DNA from: Iphione sp. A-MEVVRFRX5
Lineage: Eukaryota
Direction of reading: 5' to 3'
Length of the DNA: 64,000 nt
Assembly: GCA_976226885.1 (NCBI GenBank)
Contig: OZ320314.1
Coordinates: forward strand, 110,360,001 to 110,424,000
The notes beneath the pieces are model-generated. The model did not search any database and was not told the DNA's origin. It worked only from the letters and a program-made list of their open reading frames with translations. A program made the translations under genes and the position numbers. Shown piece after piece: positions 63,473 through 64,000 of this stretch. Within the stretch, counting starts at the first letter, position 1. Each line of letters starts with the position of its first letter.

Positions 63473-64000
63473 CCAAACGCTTGATTGGCCGACGTAATGC
63501 CCACACAGCCTAGCGGTAATGTTCTCTTATTTCATATCCTGCCTCATTGCATACACAACAGTAGCATCCTTTCCCCTAAACTACTCTCCATCCTACCCCG
63601 GCTCGACGGCGGAAACTGATGTTGCGCATGTTCAGGACGTCAGGTGACTTGGTAAGGTGCACATGATGCGCTATAGCGGATATGCCCAGGCTACATAAAA
63701 ACTCACTCGATGTTATTGATGAGGTGCATACATGTATGCGTGAGTAAATTATGCTCAGGCACCCACAGGGTAAGTTACCCAAGGCATTCACGAGAACACC
63801 TTGATTGCCACCTAGGGCGTGTATCCCTATGCCTCCCACCAGGATGATGATGGTGATTATGCGAATGACCCCCAGCGATGAAAGGGTTACTGCAAATTTT
63901 AGGAAACAGCTGACGCGCAGCAGATATTGATAACCTACAAAATTACAGCCTCTGCTCGATAGCGTTATTCTACCCCGTTATAAGGGGATTTATGGAAAAC

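Overview
Animal (invertebrate-like), AT-rich, repeat-rich genomic DNA with no prokaryotic features and one 137-N gap (8427-8563). The only host coding sequence I can support is the large first coding exon of a minus-strand natriuretic-peptide-receptor / receptor-guanylyl-cyclase-like gene (ANF-receptor ligand-binding domain, 22874-21992). Almost everything else appears to be its long introns, filled with transposon debris: L1/Tx1-, RTE-, CRE- and CR1/L2-like LINE remnants, several TA-flanked MITEs, tRNA-derived heads and microsatellites. The stand-out is a complete 4411-bp piggyBac element (35575-39985) with perfect 15-bp TIRs and a TTAA TSD; its empty site is preserved in a neighbouring duplicate. 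It carries (i) a 5-exon, 613-codon DDD transposase with one premature TGA, (ii) a second, convergent 4-exon 103-aa ORF missed by the ORF track, ending 12 bp from the transposase stop and resembling the P2X7-ballast/KolX-type domain, and (iii) a tRNA-like Pol III unit antisense in transposase intron 1. A minimal hammerhead-ribozyme motif sits in a 146-bp insertion flanked by a 14-bp direct repeat (10539-10712). All homology calls come from reading motifs by eye; no searches were run.
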